DNA from: Adineta vaga
Lineage: Eukaryota > Animalia > Rotifera
Assembly: GCA_021613535.1 (NCBI GenBank)
Contig: CP075494.1
Span: 8,432,001-8,496,000, forward strand
Direction of reading: 5' to 3'
Length of the DNA stretch: 64,000 bases
Part shown: positions 45,568 to 60,768 of the stretch, piece after piece
Layout: each line of letters begins with the position of its first letter
Numbering within the stretch: position 1 is the stretch's first letter
Program-made: the position numbers and the translations under genes
Notes under the pieces: model-generated
Seen by the model: only the letters and a program-made list of their open reading frames with translations
What the model was told of the DNA's origin: nothing
Database searches by the model: none

Positions 45568-47301
45568 TTAATGAATACGTTCGATAAACTGAGCTGGAAT
45601 ATTCAATTGTTTGAGTAGGTGTCGTTGATCAAGCAAACAACTTCGATCAGAAACACAATTTAAAAAACGATTCCAACACAATTCTCTTAAACTAGAAATT
45701 TGACTGTCCATTTTATATAATGTAGAGATACGTATTTCAGTTCTAGGTGCCGTAGATTCGTGTACAACACCACCATGTGACCATATTTCTCCACGCTAAA
45801 ATAAAATTCGTTTACTTTTCAATTGAGATCATAGATATTAAATAATAACGTACTTGATTTATCGTAGCAGCTTGAAAATAAGACCGTTTCACCATAGTTA
45901 AAGACGGTGATCTAGACCATTCTAGCTTTTCAAAATCAAATATCCACAGTTTTCCATCAGTAGCTATATGATGACTTGCCGTTTGATCAAGATGAGCACC
46001 ACCAAATATGAGGATTTGGTTTTTACGGAAAGGAAATATTGAATGAAATTTTCTCGCAGAAGGATAATCTAGACGTTCATAATGAATATATTCCAATTAC
46101 GTTGCACAATAAGTTTTTCTTTATACATCAACTAATCAACTTAATATGTATATTTTATTTCTCATTGACAAGCTAATCTCATATTGAGTATGTACTTACT
46201 ATGAATTGGATCTGGATTCGTATGAACAAAAGACCAATTGTGAGTGTTTAGATCGAATACTGGTAACTAAATTTCGAAGTTTTACATCAATTAAACGAAT
46301 CAATATATTCAAATACTTACGTATTCAAGAGAAAAAGTTAAACCAGAATTGCTACCTCCACCAAATAAGAAGATTTGATTATCATGGATATGTGCTTCTT
46401 GTCGATATCTAATCAAAATTCAAAATTAATCATTCAATTTTCTTCGAAAACTTGATTTTTCTACCTTCCATTTCCAGAAGGATCTTCGGTCTCATCAAAT
46501 GTATATCCAATTTGTGTTGAGCGCATTGTTGGTAAATGAATTTCATATACATTCGAGTGATAATGCCAGCTACTTGTTCCACATAGTATATATAGATAGT
46601 CATCTTTACCAATTATACTCTATCAAAGAATAAAAAAATAGGATTGATATTAAAATTCAAAAAAAAATCAATCTTACTGCGCCATAAACCGCTTCGGGTG
46701 GTTGATTTTGTAATTGTATTCGTTTCCAATGAAGTCGCTTTAAATCAAGTATAAATAAATCATTAGAAACAACACGCCCAAATGGATATCCGGTACCACC
46801 AAAAACAAAGACACAATTTCGATGTAAACACACTGATAGAAACAAGAAAATTATAAAAATTTGGTGAAATAGAAAAAAATGAAGATATACTTGAATGTGA
46901 AGCAAGTGTTGAATTTGGTACATCGCCTGTCGTAGGTTCTAATGTCCATCGTCGAAGAGCATAATTAAATCTCCAAAGCTGAATACAATGAATATAAGAA
47001 AAGTCAATCTACTAAATCTTTTTGCTCATACTTCAGCAAACATGGGTGATCGTTCAGGATTATTTGTTGGAAAGTAACCGCCCCATATCCAAACATCTGA
47101 ATCTGTCGCGACAGCACGATGACCTGAACGTGCGTGTGGTTGAGTTTGTGAATTGAAAGGTTTTATTTCAACAAACTGCATTAAGTTTCTTGGTGTGTTA
47201 TATTGAATTAATGGATATCCAGTTCGTTTAATATTTATGGAATCATCTGTATCTAATGATTCTCTTGAATTATTTTGATTCGTTATCATTTCATTCTCCA
47301 T
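45568..47301 (-). CDS. KLHDC10: Kelch domain-containing protein 10 (slim) homologue, multi-exon
   Basis: RSGHRAVA..WGGYFP..PMFAE|LWRFN, LASHSMCLH..FGGTGYPFG, YPSARKFHS, C-terminal SSLRELCW...QLNIPAQFIERIH*. Confidence 0.85.
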
Positions 47302-47642
47302 TAGTAATGATGATACCTATTCAAATATAACATTCTTTTGTAAAAAGAATAAATTGATTAAGACAGAGACTGATCGAAAATAGAAGGAGAGAAAAATATT
47401 GCCAACATTTCAGAAATAGATGTAGTTCATCTTTCGTCTATTTGTTTGATAAGCATAAGCTTGGACATCAATAAACTTTTTTTCGGAATATAAATGAAAG
47501 ATTAGCTACTGTCTTTCACTTACGCAGAACAAACATAGAAAGAAACAAGTTCAATTGATTGTAAAATAATGTAGACGAAATTGATGTCAAAATAAAATAA
47601 ATCTAAAACAACAAAACATAATAAAGATCGTTATAAATATCT

Positions 47643-49135
47643 TCAGAATTTTTCATGATTATAACCAGCAGCAATGCCAGTTATTCCTTCTTTTAGTTCA
47701 GCTATAGGATGTTTTTCTTTTTCATCATTTTTATCCTCATCATTCATCTGTAAACCCCACCATTTCTGAGTATTATCAAGTCCTCTATTAATTCCATCAC
47801 GTTGTTGTAATACAAGGGAATTTGGATGTTTCAATACTAATGATTTAGTTTCGTCTACTTTGTTCGTTATATCATTGTCATCGATTGGTTTCATCGTTGA
47901 TAGAATTTGTTGTAAATCAAATGAATAATTCATTGATAAATTTTCATCCGTAGTCTCAAATGCTTGAACAATATCAGCTAAACTAATTAATGGTATATTG
48001 AATTGTTTATGTTCCGGTGATAACCATAGACTTTCAGGACATGATGAACATAGAACAAAGGTATCAATATTTCTTTCGAAATTATTCAATTTCGTGATTG
48101 ATAATGTATTCATAAGAAATGTATAATATTGACGATTATTTTTATCAAATACTGATTTGATACGATCAAGTAATGTATGAATAGTTGAAGGAAGATTGAG
48201 CAATGAATTCGAAGAAATCAATAAACCATAGGATGAACCATTTCGAGCACATTCAATTGCATACATACGTTTACTTATTAATTTACTACTTGATATAGAA
48301 CTCGATGGAAATGAACTATGAAAAACAAGAAATAAGTTTTAATTAAAAAAGAAAATTTAAAATCGAACTTACTAAAATTCATAAGCATAGAAATAAAGAG
48401 CAAAATTATGTAATGATGCTTTTGAATGTGAGATGAATATGATCGAGTAATTGCTTGGATCAAGTGTAACTGGAAGATGTACCGAACGACCATACAAAGA
48501 GAAACACGATGAATCAGTAATGTTTTCATTGTTAATTTTTGAAAATATCAAATTGGATGACGATGATGAATACTGTTCAATAGCATCACGAAAACATGGA
48601 TCGAAAAAAACAAGACGATAAGGTTTATTATCATTATTATCATCGCTTGTCGAGAGAAACGTGGATGCATCCGACCTGTTAAGAAAAAGATATTGATATG
48701 CTGCTATAGAGAATGTAGAACATTTCTCCTCAGTCAAAATAAAAATGAGACATATACTTCTGAATGTACAATGTGTATCAATGCCTTTGAAGAAATTTCT
48801 TAATTATAAACATACGGTAATGATCTTTGATAGAAAACATAGAATATTGATATTGATTGTTGTTTATCATCTGATGTTGACGAGAGGCATGAATGTCCGA
48901 AATGAATCAAACCTTGTGCTTGACAATATTGTCCATTTAATAAATCATTACAACATGGTGAACATCCATCGCCAACAAGAAAAAATTCAATATTTTCATT
49001 CTGACTAGAAGATTTTAATCTATCGATTAGATCATGTACTTTATCAAGATCATCGTCTGGTACTTGTAAAGCAATCTTTTGAAAATTCTTTTCGTCAATC
49101 CATTTTACACAAGCATCAATTTCAAACTTGTCCAT
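47643..49135 (-). CDS. DPH2: Diphthamide biosynthesis protein 2
   Basis: KIALQVPD, CSPCCND...LIHFGHSCLS, KLNNF..IDTFVLCSSCPE, WWGL...EGITGIAAGY C-terminus typical of Dph2. Confidence 0.82.
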
Positions 49136-49392
49136 CTGAAATACATCGAATAAAGCATAGATATACACGTAGAGAGTTTGTTTTCGTTTCTGAAGTTTTT
49201 CTTTTACTTTTTCTTTCGTATACAAAATCAAGAACTACATATGAATAATAATTAGAACAGACAAAATCAAGAAAAGAATTCTTCGACGGAAAAAAAATGA
49301 AAATGAAACGTTAATTGTTTCTGATCTGACTTGGACAAAAAAAATATTTCTTTTTCTCTGTATAACATTTGAGTGCCGTAATGATTGAATTT

Positions 49393-51776
49393 TTAGGATG
49401 GTCGAGGACGTTTATTTGGATTATTAGGATCATAGGAGGAGTCATAACTACGTTTATCACCACTTTGCATTAATGATGGGGGTCGAGAACGATTGTAAGG
49501 CGCTTGTTGATGGTATGAGTCACCAGGCATGGGAACATTCGGATAATGATTTCCATGTTGTGGTTGATGTTGAGAACCGTACGGCGGTCGATTGGACGCA
49601 GATGACGATGATGGTGGAGGTAGTGGTGGTTGAGGAGGATGATCATATCCATGAGGAGGAGGTTGTGGATGTCTGCGATCACCGGCTAAAAGAAACAAAT
49701 CAATAATTGGAATTTTCAAAACAACTAACTATTACCGTGTGGAGGAGGTGGAAGTGGTGGCTGCTGTGACGATCGGTTTGGAGGCGGTGGTAGAGGTGGT
49801 GGTTGTTGTGATGATCGATTTGGAGGTAGTGGTCCAGATCGAGCTGGTTGTGGTGGATAACGAGAATGTGGATTATAATTGTTATTATGAGGAGGATGAT
49901 GAGATTGATAATGTGAAGAAGATGGAGGAGGATGTGGATATGGTGGATGTCGAGATAATGATGATGAAGATGAAGTTGAAGATGATGAGTTATGATGGGA
50001 TGGCATGGGTGGACGATTCGAAGATGGATATGGCAGAGATGCTGTTACTTCTCGCTTAATATCATTCGAAAACATTTGTGATGATGCAGGAGGTGGTGGC
50101 TGAACCAGCCGACTTGGTGGCAATGGTGGTTGATTAGGTCGAGGTTCATTTTTTACATGAGCAGCACCTTGTGGAACAACACTGTCTGCTACATCTATAG
50201 GACGAATTAAACCAGCTGATGCCGATGAATGATGTTGTTGTTGAGAATTCGATGCACCTTCATTTGATGTGGACTGTGGCTGTATTGAAAAAACAAACAG
50301 ATTAAGATAAATCGAGAGAAACAAAGATAACAAACTCGTTCATTTTGGTAGACAAGTTTTTTCTTGATTTTTTCTGGACATTTGGCGTAGATTGCAAGAA
50401 ATTCATCAGCAAGTTCTAGATGATTAAAAATAAACTATTTCATTTTTTTTTCTATTCAAATCTTTGTATCCTTGTTTACCTCCAAGTTGTTTTTCAGTAA
50501 AAGATTCATTTACAAAATGAAACCAACGTTTATTTGGTGTGCTTTCTGTTACTGTCGTATCAGATTCATTAGTAGTTGAGCCTTGTGACGATGTTGGCGG
50601 TGAAGGAATCTAAAATCGTGATTCGGACGATTAGAAGAAATCTGATGAAATGCAGATTGATATTTACTTCAATTTTCAGCCAAGCAGCCGCCAAATGAAT
50701 ACAAAAACAGGCGATAAGATCAGGTGGATATTTCACACAGAATGAAGTGAGTAAAATACTAGAAGAAAGGATTCGGTGACTATGTGTGTTTATTCACAAC
50801 AAAATCACCACCTTTTCGTTGCTAAATAATATGCTGTTTGAGCGAGTTCACGAGGTGCTAAAATGCATATATATTCATATTTTACTGACTAATTTCAAAG
50901 AAATATTCTTACTTTTTTCCGGTAACGACTGAATTTGACCTAAAAAGAAATATATATCAAAGAATTAACTAATTAATATCGAATGAAAACATTTAACAGA
51001 CTTCCAAGTGCCTGAATTGTTTTAATAATAATCGGATGTGGATGATCAACCATCAATGAGAATCCTAAAGAAAACAAAATATGATTTGAATTGAATTGGA
51101 AATTTCAATTGGATTCTTTTACCCAATGTTGATAAAAGAATATTTTCATGGAGAACAATATCATCAGTATATTGAGCGATTATCTAAATAAATTTAGAAG
51201 ATTTTTAAAAAGAATTTTCTCACGATTTTGTTTATTACTTCCGGTGTAAATTCTTCAGCTTTTTTGCGTCGTAATACTTTTCCCGTATTTTCAATCACAT
51301 CCCGTAATGTCCGAGGAAATTCTTCGACTTTACATGCTAGAAACAATGAAGACGCACATACTCTCTAAAATATCATCATATAAACAATGAAATTGATTAA
51401 AAATTTTCGTTCATTTTACTTGTCGAGTAAATCGTTTGAAGGAATTAATCATATAAAAACGATGCATATAAACAACCGCCGTATTTATACAGTAATGTGG
51501 CCTTTAAGATAAAAATTATACAGTTTTTTATAGAAAAAAAGGTAATCATACATACACTTTTAAATATGTACCTAATTCATAAATAAAAACAGCTGCTTGT
51601 TGTCGTGAAGACAGTTCTTCTTCAGCTGGTATTCCATCACGATTTGACGGTGTGGAAATAAATTTATCGGCTGGAAAGATCCAACTAAATCTAGCTTTCG
51701 GCAAGGCTGGACCAGTTGTAACCGTTGATGATGTTGCTGTTGTTGTTGATGATGATGATGATGACGTTGTTTGCAT
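49393..51776 (-). CDS. CCNT: Cyclin T (P-TEFb subunit) with Pro/His/Ser-rich tail
   Basis: ELSSRQQAAVFIYELG...INTAVVYMHRFYMINSF, LFLACKVEEFPR, HENILLSTLGFSLMVDHPHP. Confidence 0.88.
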
Positions 51777-53607
51777 TTTTATATTTAATTGTGTTATAAA
51801 CTGGATGAATGAAGAAAGAACATGAAGTACACATTGGGAAAGAATGAATAGGTGTTATGTATAGGACGACACAGTCAATGAGTATTTCATGTTGATTGCA
51901 GTGACAACATATGGATGTGGAGGACGATAGATGCCTATTTGAAGATGGTGGAAAAAAAGCAGAGAGAAATAAAACAATTGAATATGATGAGTCAAATAAG
52001 AGAATAATTATTCATTCAGGATCAAGAATATTTGGACATATATTTCATAATAACATATAATAGAAAAGATCAGATGTTTTTAATAAAACTATATTGATGT
52101 CAGAAACGTGAATATGCAAAAATAGAAAATTGTCAGCTATAACACGAACTATGATGTATACAATTTGACTGTATTATTACAAATATATGAAAATGAATGA
52201 ACTCCTGTCAATCTCATATTAACATATAATCATAAGATTGAAACATGATTGTGATATAATTGATCTGTATATACTAAAATCTTCTTTTAACGGACAAAAA
52301 AAGATATTATAATCAAGTGTTAGAAAAATCATAATATTTATCTAATCAATTTAAATACTATGGTGTCTCACTAGTATTTATTGTTATACTGAATATTCTC
52401 AGCTTTGTATAATTGATGTTCAACTCAGATCAATTTGTATATAATCAACTAAATCAATTAGAAAAACTTTGACTTAATATCGATTCATTTTTCTTTCAGA
52501 TTGTTGATAGTAAATGGAAAAATTAGAGAATTCGATGATAAAGTATTTAATCAGATATTATTATAAACATTGGCATGTATTAACAAGCGATTTTGGAGAT
52601 GGTTGTGCCAAGAAGAAGTTAAAAGGTACGCTCTTAGATTTACCTTTTTTTCCTGAATCATTTTTTATTGATGGAGAGTCGTAACACTGTCTTAATATTA
52701 TTGTTGATTGATATTAAACGATAAAGTTTTATTTCATATTTTAAAACTAGAATACTCATTATTTTGATCTAGACAGCAGCAGTCAATTTCTTTTTTCCTT
52801 TCTTGCCGTTCTATTATTATTAGAGGATTTTTTTTCTTTCTCCATTTTATTTTACATCGGGTTCGAGGACGAGAGACAGAATACTATTGTAACAACAACA
52901 ACATGAAAAAATAGTTTCGCGTTCTTGCTTGTTGTCAATAGAAGGTCGTTTGCAAGAACGAGCACAAATGCGGTTTCTCTCTCTCTCTCATTTATCTGCG
53001 GTTCTATTCATCTTAGTCCTATTGTTATTTATTAGTAAATTCTTTCTTTTTCTGAATTTTTAGAATTATTTTATCGAGTTAATATTTATCGTACATCGTA
53101 GTTATCATCGATTCAAGTTGATGTATATTAGGTGTTAATTGATCGTGTAAATCTCTATTGGTGAAACACATCAAATCAAGTTGATTTAATTTAGAAGTGG
53201 AAGAATTATTTTTCGGAAATATAACATATTGAAACCACAAGGATTCATCTGTATTTTCATATAAGTCGATAAGAAAATGAAGGGAAGTTTATCTTTATTA
53301 ACAATACCTCTTCTAGTGATACGGTTGTAGCAGCATTCAATTCATTTATACATTGTTTCGATACTTTTGCACAATCTTTTTGTATTTCTTATTAACTGTT
53401 AGTGTTTTCTGTTCAATTCTACATTCAACCAACCAACTAGATCACCATCATCATTGTTCATCGTCAACTTAACCTCCTTCTTCTCTTTCTTCATCGCCAT
53501 CACCATTGTCCAATAGTAGGCAGTGTTCATTTCCTATTCGTTCATTGATAAAACAATCGTTGACACAGACATATATTGACAATTATTTTTGTTACATCCT
53601 TACAAAA

Positions 53608-55459
53608 ATGCAGTCAGCAAAACCTCCAATTGACATTATACGTATTGACAAACGTCTGTTTATGAATGAACATTTATTGAAATCGAAACGTATCAAAGTC
53701 GAACCAACATTATACTCTAATTTACATTCACCTTTAAATTTACCACCAACGCCTGTTTCCTACTTACCAAATGGTCGTATTCCAACACCACCACAACCAC
53801 CAAAATATCCTCCACTTGATTTGAATCCTCCTACGCCAAGTGTTATTCTAGAAACACGTCGTGAAGCTACGTCTGCACAATTACAACAATATTGTTTATC
53901 TCAACCAATTTGTGTTGTACGTGGTTTAGCTAATGTTCTTAAACTTGATTTAGGTTTATTTTCTACGAAAACATTGACTGAAACTCAACCTGACCATCAA
54001 ATTGAAGTACGTACACAAAGACAACAAGCAAGTGATGAGAATATTGATTTTACATCATCATCAACACCAATTAAAAACGTTTGGAAATGTGAATCAAGTC
54101 GATCATATACAACCATTGCTAAATATGCTCAATATCAAGCATGTTCATATCATGATATGATTAAAGATGATTGTAATGAACCTTTAGTTTCATCAACAAC
54201 GAATGGATCTTCAAAAAATTCATCACGTAAGAAAGAACAATTATATTATTAGAATATAAAAGCATCGATCTCTTTTGTTTATAATTTAGATCACTCATCA
54301 TTAGGTTTAGCAGCACGAACAATTAAATTCGGTACGAACTTAGATCTATCTGATGAGAAAAAATGGGTGACACAATTAACTGAATTAAATAAATTACCAC
54401 CGTTTATGCGTGTCGTATCAGCAGGCAATCTGTTGTCACATATTGGATATACAATCTTAGGAATGAATAGTGTACAATTATATATGAAAGTACCAGGATC
54501 ACGAACACCGGGACATCAAGAAAATAATAATTTCTGTTCGGTCAATATTAATATTGGACCAGGAGATTGTGAATGGTTTGGTGTTGCAGCAGAATATTGG
54601 GGTGTAATGCATACTTTATGTGAAAAAAATGGTGTCAATTTTTTAACTGGGTCATGGTGGCCAATATTGGATGATTTGTACGATGCAGGAGTACCTGTCT
54701 ATCGTTTTATACAAAAACCAGGAGATCTTGTATTTGTTAATACGGGGTAAGCATAGTTACGTTAATAGGATCTGAAATAAGAACCATACATTGAGGAAAA
54801 AGTAGCTACTTGAAACTGTTTCTTCTCTGAGTCTTGAAAACTTCAGAATCTAAAGCCAGTTAGGAGTGAAAACGATATTTTTTTCTAAATAAAAAAACAA
54901 GGTCATATAAGGTAGTATCTTTCTACTTAGATGTGTTCATTGGGTACAAGCCATTGGTTGGTGTAATAATATTGCTTGGAATATAGGTCCATTAACCTAC
55001 AGTCAATTTTATGCTGCTATAGAACGTTATGAATGGAATAAATTAAATTCTTGTAAATCGATAGTACCTGTTATACATTTAACTTGGAATATTGCACGTA
55101 ATATTCGTGTTAATGATCGTGAACTATTTGACTTAATTAAATTTATTCTTACACAATCCTTAAAATATATTCAATCGACATTAACTTATTTAGAACAACG
55201 ATTTGATGATACGATTGATATACGAAAACAATTACGTACACCAGATGAGCCTGCACATTATTGTATCACATGTGATTGTGAAGTGTTTAATATCTTATTT
55301 GTTTCTGAAATGGATCGTAAACATGTCGTACGTTGTTTAGATTGTTCATTACAATTTGATAAAGATTTTGAGCATGTTGTTATTTTATATCAATTTCCAT
55401 TAAATGACCTACAAACAGTAAATGAACAATTTCAACTATATTCATCGATTTCAATGTGA
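53608..55459 (+). CDS. KDM6: KDM6-family (UTX/JMJD3) H3K27 demethylase, JmjC plus Zn-binding domain, 3 coding exons, no TPRs seen
   Basis: [87 protein letters not shown]. Confidence 0.93.
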
Positions 55460-56830
55460 TCAATATATTTCTCTGTGTTATTTATTAAATTCTTTTTTTC
55501 GTTTTTTGTTTACTTGTTGTCTTGTACACTTAGACAAAAACAAATATCTAGATTAGATACGTCATGTTTAGGGAACAAATTCGTTTCGTTTTTTTTTATA
55601 TTGTATTGTATTCTCAATTTTTACGAGAAATATTCCTATCAGGGTTTTCTTCTACTCTTGGAAAGAAAGGATTTGTATGTCTGTAAAAATATCGAAATAT
55701 TTGTACATGAATTTGTTTTCTAGGCAAGAGACAGTGGGTAGTTTTGAAATAAAATAAGTTCTGTTCAACTTCGAACGTGAAAAGAAATCAAGCAATGAGA
55801 ATTATATCTATGACCCCAATTCAAGTACGTGAACTGAACCTTGAAGCGATCAAAGGTTGTTCTCTCTCTCTTTTCCTTGAATATGAGTGCATATATATGT
55901 CTAAGACTCAAAGTCAATCGCCGACAAGAATAAAGACGAACAAGAAGAAGAAGAAGAGAGAAAAACTTGATGCAAATGAAAGAGAAAAGAAATTATATTT
56001 GTTTGTGTTATGTTGTCTTGTTGCTATTACGTTGTTTCGAAGGTTCTGTTGTTCGACGAGACATCAATTCTGATCGATTTCAATGATCATCTTCACTATC
56101 ATTTTCTCTTTTGCTTATATTCTCTATTGACCTTTTTCTATTTAACTCTTCCTACATTATTTTATTCGTACTTGTTCTCTTCATTTTCTATATACTTCAT
56201 TTGAATATCTTAGATTAGTAACTATCGTTCTTGTTGTTGTTGTTTTTTGAATAACCTTCACATTCCGGTCTTTTTCTTTTTTTTTCTATTTATCTTAGGG
56301 GAAAATAATCAAATTTGATGACTGGCTATTTCAGACAATATGATTCTGATTATATGGTAATATAACAATCTATTTCTAGTACAAGAAAGAAACGTGGTAT
56401 TGAGATCTTCACACGCTTCCATTCCAATCGTTGTCTGCCTTCGTTACCCACATCAACAAACGAAACTCTACACATACAGATATACAAGCTAGAAGGCAAA
56501 AGGAAACAGAAGACGACATAACAGCAGTACACGAGACAAGAGAGAAAAAAAGCAAGAGAAGAAAAAACGCGAACGAACAATCGACTCAATCGAGAGAAAG
56601 AGCAAAAAGCAGGTCACCTCTTTCTTCAGTGTCGTCTACACTGTTGTCGTCGTCTTTGACGCACTTTATCAGCCACAACACGTTACCTTTCTCGAACATA
56701 CATAGTACATATTTATTTTGTACCAGAAGGTATGAATTAAAAAATTGATAGTGGCAAGAAAACAGTACAATTTTTTAAACAAAACAATTATCATCTTTTC
56801 ATACAAATTGCAAAACCTATCTATTTTTCC

Positions 56831-59800
56831 ATGGGACGAAGAACAGACATTGATAATGATGATGATGAACAACAATCCACTTCATCAACAACATCATCAT
56901 CATCAACACGATTAGCACATGAATCTCAAACCAATCCGAATATGAATTCCGATGAAGACAAATTAGACAATGATCTTTTAATACATGATACTGTTTTACC
57001 TCATCGAAAACGAATTCGACGAGATACTTTACTTTCCATTCAACAACAATATCCACAACAAAACTACATTCAACCTCAACAATTAGAATCGTCAACAAAA
57101 TTCTATAAACTTGATGATGTAAGTTCAAATTTTCTTCATTTGTTGATAACAAAGATATTAACTTGTTCGAATCCTATGTTATTGTGTAAACTTTACAACA
57201 ACATATCCATAAATCTGACCTTGAACGCGCTTAGTAAGCAATAGTAGCGTCTCAAGAGAGAGAGAGAGAGAAAGTATAGATGTAGAATTGAAGAAAAAAA
57301 GAATGAGATGGCAAGGACGATAAACGAGATGTGAGGGCGGCAGCCTTCGTCGGTGAAGGTCGAAAAACACTGGCGGCGACCTTGTTCTGACTGCTACGAT
57401 GTCTAACTCATACTATCTGGATTATTAGAAAAAAGTCTATTATCGAAGGTGAACTAATATTTCAATGAAAATATTGGTCATATCAACAAAAAAACTTTCT
57501 ACTGTCCTTGCAAATTTTAATTAATCATGAGAAATGATTACATAAACAACGAAATATCTTAAAATGTTTGATAATCTTTTCTCTTACGAAAATACATTTT
57601 AGTCCAAGGTTATTTTTTATTCTTCGTCCGTTCTATCAATAAACAACTATTCATAATAGACAAAAATTATTTGAAAAAGAAAATGCGAGCAAAAAACGTT
57701 TTTCATCGACTTTTTTTTAGATAACATAATCACAAAAAATTCAAATATCATCATATTTATTTGAGAAGAAAATCAAGGTTATTCTTTTTTTTGTCTTTAT
57801 TTATTATGATAATAAAAAATAACTACTCGATTTAAACTCTTTCACTCAGTACAGATACTTGTATCTATTGAAAACATAGCATGACTAGTTCACTATGATA
57901 AAGATCATAATTAAGTTCAATGACACTATAATTAGTTGATATTCTATATTTAGAAGAGAAGTAACTTTAAGGGTCGATGGTTGATTAGTAAATTACAGGT
58001 TTTCAAAGGTCTTCTGTTTTCTAGGATGATAATCATAATTGTGCTAATGATCAACTAAATCTAATCAATGCAACAAGGACACCTCATTCGAATCAAATTA
58101 CAGCAGCAGCTAATGGTCTTCTTAGTCTTTCAAGTACATTAAATAGTTTTCCATTTGATTTTTAGAAAATTCATTGTTGTATTTTGTCAAAACTAGATTC
58201 CTTACTAATTACGAATGATGAACATAATGATTGTCATTTAAATATTTCAATCGGTGATGGTACAACAACATCAACAACAAATGGAGATTTAACATCATTA
58301 TGTTGTGTTTGTCAAGATCGAGCATCGGGCAGACATTATGGTGTTCTTTCTTGTGAAGTAAATATTCTATTGATCTATTTCAAATCAGAAACTTTGCTTT
58401 CTCTCTAGGGTTGTAAAGGTTTCTTCAAACGAAGTATACGTAAACAAGTTTTATATACATGTTTAAGTACCAAAGATTGTCCGATCAATAAATTTATGCG
58501 AAATCGGTAGATAGAATAAACAAAAACACAATGGAATATTCTTTTATCATTTCATATTTTTAGATGTCAATATTGTCGATTACAAAAATGTCTTCAAGTT
58601 GGTATGCGTGTCGAAGCTGTTCAAAATGAACGACGACCTTATACAACTAAACATGAAATGATGACGAATGGAAATCATAATCAACATTTACGAAAACCAA
58701 ATGAAACAAATGTAAAGAAAAAACCTTTTTCTCTGTACAAAAGATTGATTATTTTTTTGATCTAGATGTTAAATCCATCTTCAAATGATCTTCATACATA
58801 TTTAAATAATAATCGAAATGATACAATGAGAGCGTTAATGAAAATAAAACTTTACATAGTATTTTAACATCATCATCATCAAGAGTGCAAACACCTACAA
58901 CACGTATGTTTTCTCAATTTAGGTTTCTTTCAAAAATCCCTATTTCATTTTCTCATTAGCGGTATTTCTTTCACCACCATCATCATCATCTTCATCATCT
59001 TTGTTGAGTACAACTACAACCAGTCTACATATTGATTGTAATATTAAAACAGAAACAACAAATAATCAAAATGCAGCAGCTATTTCAAGAGCATTTGATA
59101 ATTTAGCTAAAGCTGCATCACAAGTAATTTAAATTTATTCTCGATACTCATGTTTGTTTGTTTTTTCTTCGAATAATTATTAGTCACGATCGAATACAAA
59201 CAATGAAGCATTATCACTGATACAACAGCAATATCTTCTCAATGAAAAACATTATTGGAGACAAATTGAACGTAATTTTCTTTGTTTGAAAACTTTTATA
59301 ATAAATATCGAAAAATCCAATAGGTCCATTGATAACTGATGAAACAAGTCTATTTACAATAACACCACCAAGTCCACCACCAAATCGTGATATTCAACCA
59401 TCGAATAGTTTTATTTGTGAATCAGCATCACGTATTCTATTTCAATCAATTGATTGGATCAAAAGTAATTCATGTTTTCAAACATTAGAGTAAGGTTTAT
59501 TCAACATGATTGTTTTATTCGTATAAAATCTGTTCTTCTCTTCTAGTACAAACATTCAAATTATTCTAATGCAAAATAATTGGCTAGCTTTATTTATTCT
59601 TAGCCTTATTCAATGTTCACCAGTTGTTAATCTAACAACTATTTTATCTACATTACTGACAAGTCAGTTGTTCAGTTTGAATTCTTTGCATCTTATTCGT
59701 TGATATAATTTAGAAAAAATGGATAATCTTGATGCAAATAAATATCATCAATTACGACGTATTCAATCTCTTCTATACGAATTTGATCGATTACAAGTTA

Positions 59801-60307
59801 CACCAACAGAATATGCTTATCTTAAATTAATTGCAATTTTTAATCCAAATAATGATATTGGTAGATTCTTTCTTTTTAATTTTTCATTGATTTTATACTG
59901 AAATGATTTATATATATATATATAGAATGTATACGAGTACATGATCAAATTGATGCCTATCGTATATTAACATATAAAGAATTACATGATTATTTACATG
60001 ATCATTTAGTCGCTACATCCTATGATGAATGTCGATTAGGTCGAATCTTACTAAAACTATCATCTCTAGCTGAATTCAATACAAATATTATTGAAGAAAT
60101 CTTTTTTGTTGGTTTGATTGGTATGTTTTTCATAACTAAAATGTCCTTTTTTTAATATCGTTTCTTTCTTTTTCTTTTTTTAAAGGTTCGGTTCAAATTC
60201 ATAAAATCATTCCATGTATTCTAAAAATGAATGTTGCTTCATCATCACCACCTATGATTAAATGTGAGAAAACTGATCAACAAACACTCATATCATCATC
60301 CTTATGA
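56831..60307 (+). CDS. NR2C: Nuclear receptor NR2C (TR2/TR4/Hr78) homologue; apparent 1-bp deletion ~58825
   Basis: [34 protein letters not shown]...AVQNERRP; [10 protein letters not shown]; [10 protein letters not shown]; [25 protein letters not shown]. The first exon (56831-57118) is less certain. Confidence 0.88.
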
Positions 60308-60768
60308 ATCAATCAAACCAACAAAGATATGATCCGGTGTTGATATTGTTCTTTCTGCTTGTTTTATTTTGTTTTGTTTCTTCATTTATTTTATTATCTC
60401 AGGCTTGTGTGTTTATCCCCGTATTTATTTCATTTGTCTTTTGCCTTACTATTATTTTTCTTTCAATGACTGACTGGTGCAGTCGTTGTTGATGAGTGTA
60501 TTTTTCTTTGGTTGGCAATAGATAATAAATTGACAACTATCTCAGGAAATTAATGAGAAAAACGTGATCTGTGTCAGTTATATATAGATTAAGAGTCTGT
60601 GTTGATTAGTATCTTTTTTCAACTATAGCTCGTTTGGAAACGATTTTGACATTTCAATTAAAAAGAAGAAGTGTTGAATAATGTTGTTGATCTACCTGTT
60701 TTCATAACAAAAATATAGAGGATTGAACTTGCATGATGATATAACTCGTTTTTATCTATTCTATAATA

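Noticed and set aside
49470-50059. Val/Met/Asp-rich short ORFs
   Set aside because: Alternate-frame or antisense shadows of the Pro/His-rich cyclin T tail.
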